Positions 46,101 to 55,382 of a stretch of DNA of 64,000 nucleotides are shown one piece after another (position 1 is the first letter of the stretch; every line of letters starts with the position of its first letter). A model generated the notes under the pieces. The model had not been told where the DNA came from. It saw only the letters and a program-made list of their open reading frames with translations, and did no database searches. Source of the DNA: Minisyncoccota bacterium (GTDB lineage: Bacteria > Patescibacteriota > Patescibacteriia > Patescibacteriales > UBA12465); NCBI GenBank assembly GCA_021734405.1, contig JAIPJA010000002.1, forward strand, positions 1,145 through 65,144, in the 5' to 3' direction. The position numbers were made by a program, and so were the translations under genes.

Positions 46101-46762
46101 AACATTTAGATAAAGATGGGGTAAAAACGGCTGGAGTTATTAGTTCTATTAAAAAGATTATTACTAAAACTAACCAATCTATGTTATTTGTGAAAATAGA
46201 GGACGCGGTTTATAATGTAGAGGTTTTAGTTTTTCCTCGACTTTTAGAAACAAGCCAGGATATTTGGCAGGAAGGACAGGTGGTTTTATGTGAAGGTAAG
46301 GTGTCTGATAAAGATCAGGAAATAAAGCTTTTAGCTAATAAAGCTACAGTTTTAAAAGTGGAAACTTTAGAAGCTGATCTGCAAAAATTTAAAAAATCTC
46401 CGATTATAAACAAGGCTAAAAGATTTGCTAATGGCTTTAAAAAATTTGGACCTAAGCCTGCTTATCAAAATCCTAGCTCTACTAATTTTAATTCCAGCCC
46501 TAAAAAAGAGATAATAAAGACAGAGCTTAATAGTTTTTCTCAGCCCTTTAAGATAATTATAAAAACCGCTTTAAGTCAAGCAGAGAGTTCTGAGCTTTTA
46601 GAAATTTTACAACAATTTCCAGGAAGTAGCGAAGTTTATTTGTTTGAACATTATAGCGACAATATTATTAAAACCAATTTTAAAGTAGATAATTCCTTAT
46701 TTTTAATAGCTAAGATAAAAAAACATTTTCCTGAAAAAATTAAAGTTGTCGAGTTGCAGTAA
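43142..46762 (+). CDS. dnaE: DNA polymerase III alpha subunit
   Basis: 1206 aa with an N-terminal PHP domain (HLHNHTHYSLLDG), conserved palm/fingers blocks and an OB fold. Confidence 0.95.
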   Translation: MSFVHLHNHTHYSLLDGLTKIPELVKRAKEQGSPAVAITDHGNMYGVIDFYQTCKKEGIKPIIGVEAYLARGSRFDKATRDDARNYHLVLLAKNNTGYKNLIKLTTKAHLEGFYYKPRIDWEILKEHSEGLIAMSACLGGEMAQLIRSGNLETVKKRALEYKELFGEDNFYLELMDHPQLEGQAEINETLIKLGKELKIPLVATNDIHYLKTEDDEAQDILLCLQNKKKRNDSDRMSMLGEDYSMKSNQKMVEVFSHVPEAIENTVKIAEKCNVEIELGKTQLPYFEVPSDYNENSYLRYLCEEGLKKRFACDYNSATQELKERMDYELKVIEKMGWPSYFLIVADFVNWAKDNKIVVGPGRGSAAGSLVCYLTGITNIDPLHYDLLFERFLNPERVSMPDIDMDFADTRRDEVIQYVADKYGHDRVAQIITFGTMAARAAVRDVGRVLDVPYEFCDKLSKAIPMFSKIKEALKIVPELKEAYDNDSQARQILDYAMRLEGVSRHSSTHACGVLITKDALDEHVPLQYASSSDKSIVSQYSLHPVEDLGLLKMDFLGLKNLTIIESALRIIKNTRGEDIDIESIPLNDELAYNLFQEGNTTGVFQFESSGMKRYLRELKPSEFEDIIAMVALYRPGPMEWIPDYISGKHGQKKVSYLHPKLEHILDKTYGVAIYQEQVMQIARDLAGFTMGEADVLRKAMGKKIPELLAKQKEKFVEGCVKNQIHSELAEKIFSFIEPFAGYGFNRSHAACYALIGYQTAYLKAHWPVEFMAALLTADQHNTDRIAVEIDECRKMQINIMPPDINESYDSFTVVTSGTTENKLAKKDEKVDTIRFGLNAIKNVGEHIVDVIIEERKKNGRYKDIYEFLERITDKDLNKKSLESLIKCGGLDNYGDRGQLLYNLETLLKINKESAQEKASGQTSLFGSENGFQIKAQPIKLANGGELSQAEKLSWEKELLGLYISEHPFSEFKEKLNGYIVSLSQLKEHLDKDGVKTAGVISSIKKIITKTNQSMLFVKIEDAVYNVEVLVFPRLLETSQDIWQEGQVVLCEGKVSDKDQEIKLLANKATVLKVETLEADLQKFKKSPIINKAKRFANGFKKFGPKPAYQNPSSTNFNSSPKKEIIKTELNSFSQPFKIIIKTALSQAESSELLEILQQFPGSSEVYLFEHYSDNIIKTNFKVDNSLFLIAKIKKHFPEKIKVVELQ

Positions 46763-46809
46763 AAATGTTATAATTATTTCTAGTTATAAACTTTTTAAAC
46801 TTTTATTTT

Positions 46810-48432
46810 ATGCCTGCGAGAAAAACTAGCTCTACTGATAAAAAGAAAAAAACTACTAGCAAAAAGACTACTAAAAAAACTACAACTAGTAGTGCTAAAA
46901 AACCTAAAAAAAGTACTAAAAGCAATTCTAGTCAGAAAAAACCCACTACCAGTACTAGTAAAAAAATTAGACAAAAATCAGAGAGCAAATTAAGTCAAAT
47001 TAAGAAAGAGTCAGGCGCTATAGAGGAGAAAATAAAATCAGAAAAACCAAAAGAGGAAATAGTTGAAAAAGAAGTAGTTAAAAAACCAAAAAAACATAAA
47101 TTAGTGGTTAGCACTTCTCCTAAGTTAGAAAAGGAGCCTGAGCTAGTTGATGATAGACCAATTAATACTGATTTAGGTTTTGAGCCAATTGTTGATAGAA
47201 GTCAAATTGATAGTCAAAAAAAATTCTATCAAGAGCTTTCTAATCAAATAGATCAGGAGTTTTTAGAGGAAGGTTATGAGAATTCAGTTGAGCCTGAAAG
47301 GGAAGTTAAGGTTAAAAAACCAGTTGCTTCTATTAGTTTGTATAAAAAATTAGCTCGTCTATTTATAGTCTTAACAGCCATACTGCTTTTAGCTATTGTT
47401 TATTTTTCTTTTTCTAAGCTAACCATTGCTATTTCCCCGGCTGAAGAAGTTGTTAATAACAATGTGCTTCTAGATGTTTATAACAAACCAGACTCAGACT
47501 CAGTTCTTTCTGGTTCAGTTATGTCTATTACAGCTGAAAGTGAAGATACTTTTTTAGCTAGTGGCGAAGAAATTATTGGTGAAGAGATTGCTGGTACAGT
47601 GACGATTATAAATAATTATAGTAAAGATCAAGCCTTAGTCGCTACGACTAGACTTTTAAGCCCTGATGATAAGCTCTACCGTATTAAAGATAGTGTTAAT
47701 GTTCCGGCCGGTGGTAGTCTGGAGGTGGAAATTTATACTGAAGAGGTTAAGCCGGAAATGGCTATTTCTCCCACTCAGTTTATTATCCCAGGACTTTGGT
47801 CGGGCCTTCAGGATCAAATTTATGCTAAAAATAATGAAACTTTTATCTATAGAACCAAAACAGAAAAATATGTTAGACCAAGTGATATTGCTCAAGCTCA
47901 ACAGGAACTTAAAAATAAACTAATTAACAAAGTTAGAGCTGAAGCTAAACGCATGTTTTCTGATGATTACGAGGTTATCTATGATATAAATACTGATTTA
48001 ACTGATTTTGACTATGAAGTTGAGCCAGGTGATAATGTTTCTGAGTTCTCTATAACAGCGGAGAGTCAGGTAGTAATTATTGCTTTTTTAAAGGAAAGAG
48101 CTAGAGAGTTAGCTTATAACAAACTTTCTCTTTTAATACCTGCTGATAAACAGATACAAGAATTTAAAGCTGAAGATTTAACCTATAATTTAGATAACTA
48201 TAATTTAAAAGATGGTGTGGCTACGGTTAAAATTTCTTTTTCTGGTAAGATGAGTTTAAAGGATAATGCAGAAATTTTAGATAGGTCTCAGTTAGTTAAT
48301 TTAAAAAGAGAGCAAATAGAAAAATATTTAGAGAACTTTCCTGAGATAGATTCCTTTGAGCTTAAATTTTTCCCAGGGTTTGTAAAGTCAGCTCCGTCTT
48401 TACCAGAGAAGATAGAGATTAAAATTGATTAA
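46810..48432 (+). CDS. Hypothetical membrane-anchored protein with a K/S/T-rich low-complexity N-terminus
   Basis: 540 aa. The first ~100 aa are Lys/Thr/Ser repeats, followed by one TM helix and a large extracytoplasmic domain. Confidence 0.6.
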   Translation: MPARKTSSTDKKKKTTSKKTTKKTTTSSAKKPKKSTKSNSSQKKPTTSTSKKIRQKSESKLSQIKKESGAIEEKIKSEKPKEEIVEKEVVKKPKKHKLVVSTSPKLEKEPELVDDRPINTDLGFEPIVDRSQIDSQKKFYQELSNQIDQEFLEEGYENSVEPEREVKVKKPVASISLYKKLARLFIVLTAILLLAIVYFSFSKLTIAISPAEEVVNNNVLLDVYNKPDSDSVLSGSVMSITAESEDTFLASGEEIIGEEIAGTVTIINNYSKDQALVATTRLLSPDDKLYRIKDSVNVPAGGSLEVEIYTEEVKPEMAISPTQFIIPGLWSGLQDQIYAKNNETFIYRTKTEKYVRPSDIAQAQQELKNKLINKVRAEAKRMFSDDYEVIYDINTDLTDFDYEVEPGDNVSEFSITAESQVVIIAFLKERARELAYNKLSLLIPADKQIQEFKAEDLTYNLDNYNLKDGVATVKISFSGKMSLKDNAEILDRSQLVNLKREQIEKYLENFPEIDSFELKFFPGFVKSAPSLPEKIEIKID

Positions 48433-48533
48433 TAACTTCGCTTTAATTAGTTTCTTACAAGCTTGACCTACGGTCAGGTTTGTATTATATTTAGGTAATT
48501 AATATTTTGATCTTTAACTTAAAAATTTAGATA

Positions 48534-48746
48534 ATGAAAAAACAAAATCTGACGTTTGACTCAATTTTTTCTGCCTTTGTATTTGTGTGCATGTTGTTTT
48601 TTTCAGTTTCAGCCTGGATAAATGTTACACTAGAGGTTGTAAAAGCTAACGTTTGGGAAATTACGGCTTTGGTGATTGTTAACTTAATAACCATAGCTTT
48701 AGTTTTTAAAACTTTTCAGTTGTGGCGCAGATGGATTAAAAAATAA
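48534..48746 (+). CDS. Small two-TM hypothetical membrane protein
   Basis: 70-aa ORF followed by a strong terminator. Confidence 0.5.
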   Translation: MKKQNLTFDSIFSAFVFVCMLFFSVSAWINVTLEVVKANVWEITALVIVNLITIALVFKTFQLWRRWIKK

Positions 48747-48753
48747 AGCTTAT

Positions 48754-48778
48754 AGACTCCTTTGAGGGAGTCTTTTTT
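48754..48778 (+). terminator. Rho-independent terminator
   Basis: AGACTCC / GGAGTCT stem followed by T6. Confidence 0.8.
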
Positions 48779-48815
48779 AAAATTTAAGGCTAGAAGAAAA
48801 GGTGATGGAGTATCG

Positions 48816-48844
48816 TTGACACTTTATACAACTTAAGATATTAT
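48816..48844 (+). promoter_or_regulatory. Promoter of the thrS leader (TTGACA-17-TATTAT)
   Basis: TTGACA 48816-48821, TATTAT 48839-48844. Confidence 0.55.
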
Positions 48845-48850
48845 ATAATT

Positions 48851-49030
48851 ACAGTGATTGTTATAGCTACCAACTATAATAAGGTGTAAATCTTAATTAG
48901 AAGTTATATATTTCTAATCTAAACTGTTAAATTAAGGGCTTGAGATAAGTCTCAAGAAACTAGATGGAACCGCGGGAAATCCCGTTCTAGTAATCTATTT
49001 TTATGTAGATTATTGGAACGGGATTTTTTA
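48851..49030 (+). promoter_or_regulatory. T-box riboswitch leader (Thr, ACC specifier) with a short Stem I, controlling thrS
   Basis: A 9-bp hairpin (48858-48882) has the loop CUACCAA. The T-box antiterminator has A1 ACTAGA/TCTAGT, a 7-nt bulge UGGAACC (48965-48971) and A2 GCGGG/CCCGT. The competing terminator spans 48978-49023 and ends in T6. Confidence 0.8.
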
Positions 49031-49105
49031 TATAATAAGTTAATATACATATATTAGGTTATTAAGTTAAATATAAATAAATTAATAAATAAATAATATA
49101 AAAGT

Positions 49106-50887
49106 ATGGAAAAAGATAAATTAGAAGCAGACAAGCTTCATAAAATTAGACACTCCCTGTCTCATGTTTTAGCTAAAGCTGTAAAAGGACTATACCCTCA
49201 AGCTAAGTTAGCTATTGGTCCAGTTATAGACAACGGCTTTTATTATGATATTGATTTTGGTAAGGAAAAAATTAGCTCTGATGACTTAGAAAAGATAGAA
49301 AAAGACATGAAAGCAATTATTAATCAAAACCTAGAGTTTAAAAGTTTTGTTCTAGGTATTGATGAGGCTATAGACAGAGAAAAGAAGCTAGAGGAAAAAT
49401 ATAAGGTGGAGCTAATAGAAGATTTAAAAAAAGCAGGAGAAAAAGAAGTCAGTTATTATCAAGTAGGAGACTTTGTAGACCTCTGTAAGGGTCCTCACGT
49501 TGAAAATACTCAACAAATTGATACTAGAGCCTTTTCCTTATTTAAACTAGCGGGTGCCTATTGGCGAGGTGATGAAAACAGGGAAATGTTAACTAGAATT
49601 TATGGCTTGGCTTTTTTAAATAAAAAAGAGCTTTTAGACTATAAAAAGATGTTAGAGGAAGCTGAGAAAAGAGATCATAGAAAACTAGGCAAGGAGCTAG
49701 GCTTGTTTGTTTTCTCTGATGTAGTAGGTAAGGGTTTACCTATGCTGACAGAAAAAGGTGCTTCTATGCGCAGAACTTTAGAAAAGTTTATTGTTGATGA
49801 AGAAATTAAAAGAGGCTATAGACATGTTATTACCCCAGACTTAGCTAAGTTAGAGTTATATAAAAAATCAGGACATTACCCATACTATAAAGACTCTATG
49901 TATGCTCCTATTAAAATTGATGAAGAAGAGTTTATGTTAAGACCTATGGCTTGCCCACATCATTTTGAAATGTATTTAACTGAACCTAGAAGTTATAGGG
50001 ATTTGCCTTTTAAAATGGCTGAGTTAGCCAAGCTTTATCGCTACGAACAGTCAGGGGAGTTGTCAGGACTAATGAGAGTAAGAAGTTTTTGTTTAGCTGA
50101 TGCTCATATTATTTGTGCTGATAACAGACAAGCTAAAGAAGAGGTGGCTGGAGTCTTAGACTTAATAGATTTTGTTTGTCAGAAACTAGGTCTAGAACCA
50201 GACAAGGATTATTGGTATCGTTTGTCTTTAGGTGATAGACAGGATGAGAAAAAATATCACAAAAACGATAAGGCCTGGGATGAGGCTGAAAGTAGTCTTA
50301 GACAACTATTAAAAGATAAGGGTTCTAAGTTTGTAGAAGCTGAAGCTGAAGCTGCTTTTTATGGTCCAAAAATAGATGTACAGATGAAAAATGTCTTAGG
50401 CAAGGAGGATACTGCCTTTACTGTTCAGTGGGATTTTGTTATGCCAGAGAGATTTAAGCTTGTTTATACTAGCCAAGCCGGCAAAGAAGAAAGAGCCATT
50501 GTTATTCACAGATCTTCTATAGGGGCAATTGAAAGAGTTATGGCTTTTCTAATAGAATTCTATGCTGGTCGTTTCCCACTTTGGCTTTCACCAGTACAAG
50601 TTAAACTTATCTCAGTTGGAGAAAAACATATAGAAGCAGTAAAGAGTTTGAGCCAAGAATTTAAAGAGCAGGGGATTAGATCAGAAATTGATATTAGTGA
50701 TGAAACTGTTGGTAACAAAATTAGAAAGTCTGCCTCAGAAAAGATTCCTTATATTCTAGTTATTGGTGATAAAGAAGTTAATTCCAGTAAATTAGCAATT
50801 AGAGTAAGAGGAGAAAAAGATATGATTGAAATAGAAAAAGCTGAATTTATTAAAAAAATAAAACAGGAAATAGAAGACTTTAAATAG
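49106..50887 (+). CDS. thrS: Threonine--tRNA ligase lacking the N-terminal TGS domain
   Basis: 593 aa. It starts directly with the editing domain (RHSLSHVLAKAV), followed by the class II core and the anticodon-binding domain. Confidence 0.9.
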   Translation: MEKDKLEADKLHKIRHSLSHVLAKAVKGLYPQAKLAIGPVIDNGFYYDIDFGKEKISSDDLEKIEKDMKAIINQNLEFKSFVLGIDEAIDREKKLEEKYKVELIEDLKKAGEKEVSYYQVGDFVDLCKGPHVENTQQIDTRAFSLFKLAGAYWRGDENREMLTRIYGLAFLNKKELLDYKKMLEEAEKRDHRKLGKELGLFVFSDVVGKGLPMLTEKGASMRRTLEKFIVDEEIKRGYRHVITPDLAKLELYKKSGHYPYYKDSMYAPIKIDEEEFMLRPMACPHHFEMYLTEPRSYRDLPFKMAELAKLYRYEQSGELSGLMRVRSFCLADAHIICADNRQAKEEVAGVLDLIDFVCQKLGLEPDKDYWYRLSLGDRQDEKKYHKNDKAWDEAESSLRQLLKDKGSKFVEAEAEAAFYGPKIDVQMKNVLGKEDTAFTVQWDFVMPERFKLVYTSQAGKEERAIVIHRSSIGAIERVMAFLIEFYAGRFPLWLSPVQVKLISVGEKHIEAVKSLSQEFKEQGIRSEIDISDETVGNKIRKSASEKIPYILVIGDKEVNSSKLAIRVRGEKDMIEIEKAEFIKKIKQEIEDFK

Positions 50888-50974
50888 TATAAGTTATTAT
50901 TTAAGTAGCTAAAAGCTTTAAATAACAATTAAAGAGTATAATAAATTAGGCGCTAATAAGGCGCTTAATTTATA

Positions 50975-51545
<571 letters not shown>

Positions 51546-51571
51546 AAAAAGCGCTAATTAAAGCGCTTTTG
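51546..51571 (-). terminator. Terminator hairpin downstream of the aldolase gene (A-run/T-run flanked, possibly bidirectional)
   Basis: AAAAGCGCT / AGCGCTTTT stem with a 6-nt loop. Confidence 0.55.
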
Positions 51572-51649
51572 TTTGGTATTATAGATATTTTAAGATATAA
51601 CACTAAATATATATTATATATAATTACAATTTATTTCTCTATTTTATCT

Positions 51650-52579
51650 TTATTTCCAAGCTAATTCTTTTTTACCTTTGTAAATAGAAATAGCGTCTTT
51701 GAGACTGAAGTTATATAAAGTTATAGCAGAGATAGCATTAGCTAGACGTATAGCTTCGGGTAATGACTTTTGATGAATATTTCTACCAATAGCTACACCT
51801 CTAGTTTTAGATACTTTAATTTGCTGTTCAATAGTTTCTAGTAGTTTTTCTGGATCTTTACTAGATCCGCCTACACATAAAACTCCAGTTTTACCCGCCG
51901 CTGAGCTAACTTCTTGAAAACTTTCAGGAACATTTTTAGCTTTAGAGCTATAAGGGTATTTAACTTTAACAAAATCAGCTCCTAAACAAGCAGCTACTCC
52001 AGCTCCACCAGCTATAAGGTGTATGTCTTCATCGTTTTTAATTTGTGGACCACGAGGATACATCCAAATAACAGCTAAGAGCCCAGCTTGATGAGCTTGA
52101 CTTATTATCTGAGCAGCTTCACTTAACATAGCAGTCTCATTTTCTGAGCCAATATAAATAGTGTAACCAACTCCTACAATATTTAAATCATTAGCTTCTT
52201 TAAGCTCTACTACTTCATTAACTGAGTGCCAAGCCAAACTAATAGGGTTGTCAGTTTCAAATAAGTTAGTTTTAGAATTTAATTTTACTAAATAAGGAAT
52301 TTTAGGATATTCTCTGGCATAAGCTGAAATTAAGCCAAATTGAGAAGCTAAAACCCCAACATGAGACTGGCTAGCAATTTCAAATAAATGTCTAGGAGCA
52401 CTATCATCAGGGTGAATGTCTTTACCTACAAAATCGTCATTTAAATGTTCTACTTTTTGATCGCCAGCAAACAACATGAGGCGCCCACTATCTTTAGTGG
52501 CTATACGCCAATTTTTTTTGTATTCCTTAATTTTAGCTTTAGGCACAGAAGCAGGAATATGAAGAGTTTTAAGGCTCAT
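51650..52579 (-). CDS. Class I fructose-bisphosphate aldolase, DhnA/FbaB (archaeal-type) family
   Basis: 309 aa with a DeoC/LacD-fold pattern, GADFVKVKYP (Schiff-base Lys region) and VAIGRNIHQ. Confidence 0.75.
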   Translation of the reverse strand: MSLKTLHIPASVPKAKIKEYKKNWRIATKDSGRLMLFAGDQKVEHLNDDFVGKDIHPDDSAPRHLFEIASQSHVGVLASQFGLISAYAREYPKIPYLVKLNSKTNLFETDNPISLAWHSVNEVVELKEANDLNIVGVGYTIYIGSENETAMLSEAAQIISQAHQAGLLAVIWMYPRGPQIKNDEDIHLIAGGAGVAACLGADFVKVKYPYSSKAKNVPESFQEVSSAAGKTGVLCVGGSSKDPEKLLETIEQQIKVSKTRGVAIGRNIHQKSLPEAIRLANAISAITLYNFSLKDAISIYKGKKELAWK

Positions 52580-52642
52580 AGTCTTTATTTTTTAAATTTT
52601 TAAAATATGATATGATGTAAGTAGTTATTATTATATCATTTT

Positions 52643-53542
52643 ATGGGAAAAAATAAAAATAGTGATTACGACTTAAAAGGCTATAAAGACTTAGAAGGTA
52701 TTTCCAATAAAAGTCTTAATTTTAGTTTATGGTTTATAAACAATCGTAAAAAATTTATTATTGCTATTATTGTTGTTTTAATACTTGTTTCCGCTGGTTT
52801 TTTTATGTATTCTGGTTATCATTACGGCTATTATCTACTGGAGGGCAAATCTAGAGACGAGCAAATGCTTAAAGAATTAAGCGAATACCAGGCTTTGCCA
52901 GAAGAATATAGAAACAAGAATTCAGCTCAAAATCTAATTTTCTATAAACCAGAAATACTTAGAAAGCAAGATTCTTTTGATATTGTAAATTTAGTGGAAA
53001 ATCCTAATCAAAATTATTACGCCTTTTTTGATTATTGTTTTGTACAGTTTAATGAAGAGATTTATTGTGATTCAAGCTTTGTTTTTCCTTTAGAAAAAAA
53101 ATATTTATTAGCTCTATCTCAGAATTTAAATGCTAGCTTGTCAGCGGAGTTGGTAATTAAAAATTTATCCTGGTCTAGGGTTAATTTACATATTTATCCT
53201 GACTGGGCAAAATACTATAGTGAACATTTGGATTTTCCTTTAAAGGATGTTATGTTTAAACCTTCTCACAAAAATCAATTATCTAATAAAGTTTCTCTAG
53301 ATAGTTTAGAGTTTAAAATAACTAACAATACTGCCTATAATTATTGGGAGGTGCCTTTAAATATAGTTATTTTAAACGGTTCTAAGGTAGTAGGAGCTAA
53401 TAAGTATCTTATAAATAAATTTTATTCTGGCGAGAGTCAATCAGTAAATTTAGTTTGGCCTGGCAATATTTCTCAAGCTTCTGAAGTTAAAATTCAGCCA
53501 AGTTTAAATATTATTGATCCAGATATATATATCAGCTATTAA
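52643..53542 (+). CDS. Hypothetical membrane-anchored protein
   Basis: 299-aa ORF with one N-terminal TM helix and no motif recognised. Confidence 0.5.
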   Translation: MGKNKNSDYDLKGYKDLEGISNKSLNFSLWFINNRKKFIIAIIVVLILVSAGFFMYSGYHYGYYLLEGKSRDEQMLKELSEYQALPEEYRNKNSAQNLIFYKPEILRKQDSFDIVNLVENPNQNYYAFFDYCFVQFNEEIYCDSSFVFPLEKKYLLALSQNLNASLSAELVIKNLSWSRVNLHIYPDWAKYYSEHLDFPLKDVMFKPSHKNQLSNKVSLDSLEFKITNNTAYNYWEVPLNIVILNGSKVVGANKYLINKFYSGESQSVNLVWPGNISQASEVKIQPSLNIIDPDIYISY

Positions 53543-53550
53543 GTTTTTTT

Positions 53551-54657
53551 ATGTTAGCTAAATTAAAATCGCATTTAAAAAAATTCGATTGGATTTTATT
53601 TTTATCAGTTTTGCTTTTGTGTTTTTTTGGTTTAATTGAAATCTATAGTATTGCCTTAGGTCAAGAGACTTTAAGTTTTTTAAATTTTAAAAAACAAATA
53701 TTTTTTATAGGTGCGGGAGTGATCTTGATGTTTGTGGTAAGTTTTATAGATATTTATTTTTTAAAAAGCCTGAGAAAATATTTTTATTTAGGAGCGGTTT
53801 TAATTTTAATAGCAGTATTAGTTTTTGGTTCCACTATTAGAGGTACTACTGGCTGGTTTAATGTATTAGGCTTTGGTATTCAGCCAGTAGAAATTGTTAA
53901 AGTTATACTGCTGTTAGTCTTAGCTGGATATTTTAGTAATTTATCTACACGAGTTAAAAGTTTTGGACATTTATTATCCTCAGGAATATTAGCTTTTGGT
54001 TTAGCTTTTTTAGTGATTTTACAACCTGATTTTGGCTCAACTTTTATTCTACTGTTTGTTTGGTTTTTTTTACTACTTTTTTCTGGTTTTAACAAGAAAT
54101 ATATTATTGCCGTAATTCTAGCTGGAGCCATTATTTTTAGTAGTCTGTGGTTAGTATTTTTTAAAGATTATCAAAAACAAAGAGTTTTGACTTTTTTAAA
54201 TCTAAATCAAAGTTCTTTAGAAGAAGGCTATAATGTCTCTCAAGCTATTATTGCTGTAGGCTCAGGTGGTCTAACGGGCAGGGGGGTGGGTTTTGGGTCT
54301 CAATCTCAATTAAAATTTTTACCTGAAGCTCAAAATGATTTTGTGTTTGCGGTTATTTCAGAGGAATTAGGCTTTTTAGGTGTCTCTTTGTTATTTTTAT
54401 TTTTTGTAGTAATTTTTGCTAGATTACTTATTAGAATAGGTAAATTAAAAGATGATTTTGCTATTTATTTTGTTTTAGGAGCCTTGGGCTTGATTTTTAT
54501 TCAAATGTTTATTAATATTGGTATGAACATAGGTATTTTCCCGGTAGTGGGAATATCTTTGCCTTTTGTTAGTTATGGTGGCAGCGCCATCCTCTCCAGC
54601 TTTATATTGTTGGGGTTATTGCAAAATATAATTATTCAATCTAAAATTAAATATTGA
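53551..54657 (+). CDS. SEDS-family peptidoglycan polymerase (FtsW/RodA)
   Basis: 368 aa, 10 TM helices, with conserved blocks LQPDFGS, GRGVGFGSQSQLKFLPEAQNDFVFA and SYGGSA. Confidence 0.85.
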   Translation: MLAKLKSHLKKFDWILFLSVLLLCFFGLIEIYSIALGQETLSFLNFKKQIFFIGAGVILMFVVSFIDIYFLKSLRKYFYLGAVLILIAVLVFGSTIRGTTGWFNVLGFGIQPVEIVKVILLLVLAGYFSNLSTRVKSFGHLLSSGILAFGLAFLVILQPDFGSTFILLFVWFFLLLFSGFNKKYIIAVILAGAIIFSSLWLVFFKDYQKQRVLTFLNLNQSSLEEGYNVSQAIIAVGSGGLTGRGVGFGSQSQLKFLPEAQNDFVFAVISEELGFLGVSLLFLFFVVIFARLLIRIGKLKDDFAIYFVLGALGLIFIQMFINIGMNIGIFPVVGISLPFVSYGGSAILSSFILLGLLQNIIIQSKIKY

Positions 54658-54697
54658 TAAACAGATTAATTGTTTATTTTTTATTTTAAAAAAACAT

Positions 54698-55348
54698 ATG
54701 AGTTTAAAAGCTAATATCAGAGAAAAAGGACAAAAAATTGATAAAAAATTTATTCCAGCTGTAATTTATGGACCTAGTACAGACAATCAGCTAATAACTT
54801 TAGCTAAGTCTGAATTTGAAAAAGCCTATGAGAAAGCTGGTGAATCTAGTTTAATTGATTTAAAGGTCAATGATCAAGATGTTTTTAAGGTTTTAGTAAA
54901 AGAAGTACAAGTTCATCCTACTAAAAGTTTAATTAGACATGTTGACCTTTATCAGGTGGACATGAAAAAGAAAATTACTACTGAAATACCTTTGCACTTT
55001 ATCGGTGCTTCTAAAGCTGAGAAAGAGCAGGGAGCTTTAGTTATGAAAAATTTAGATTATGTTGAAGTTGAGTGTTTGCCAGGAGACTTAGTTGATAATA
55101 TTGAAGTTAACTTAGAGGAATTAAAAGAAATAGGTGAAGCTATTCATGTTAAAGACTTAAAGGTCCCTCAAGGTATGGAAATATTACATGAAGACGACGA
55201 AGTGGTGGTAAGTGCTATAGAGCCCAAACAGGAGGAAGAGCCAGCTCCAAGCACTGAAGAAGTTGGGGGAGCCACAGAAGAGACAAAAGAGGGCAAGAAA
55301 GATGAGCAAGCTGAGACTGAAGGTGAAGAGAAAAAAGAAGATAAATAG
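54698..55348 (+). CDS. rplY: 50S ribosomal protein L25 (long Ctc form) with an acidic tail
   Basis: IPAVIYG and the two-domain L25/Ctc pattern, with an E/K-rich C-terminus. Confidence 0.85.
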   Translation: MSLKANIREKGQKIDKKFIPAVIYGPSTDNQLITLAKSEFEKAYEKAGESSLIDLKVNDQDVFKVLVKEVQVHPTKSLIRHVDLYQVDMKKKITTEIPLHFIGASKAEKEQGALVMKNLDYVEVECLPGDLVDNIEVNLEELKEIGEAIHVKDLKVPQGMEILHEDDEVVVSAIEPKQEEEPAPSTEEVGGATEETKEGKKDEQAETEGEEKKEDK

Positions 55349-55382
55349 AGTGAAGTTTAAATTCAATATATTAAAAGGGGGA

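Noticed and set aside
50897-50930. AT-only inverted repeat TTATTTAA...TTAAATAA after thrS, as its terminator.
   Set aside because: The stem is purely A-T with a 12-nt loop and no T-run, so it is too weak to call. The first convincing plus-strand terminator is at 51502-51541.
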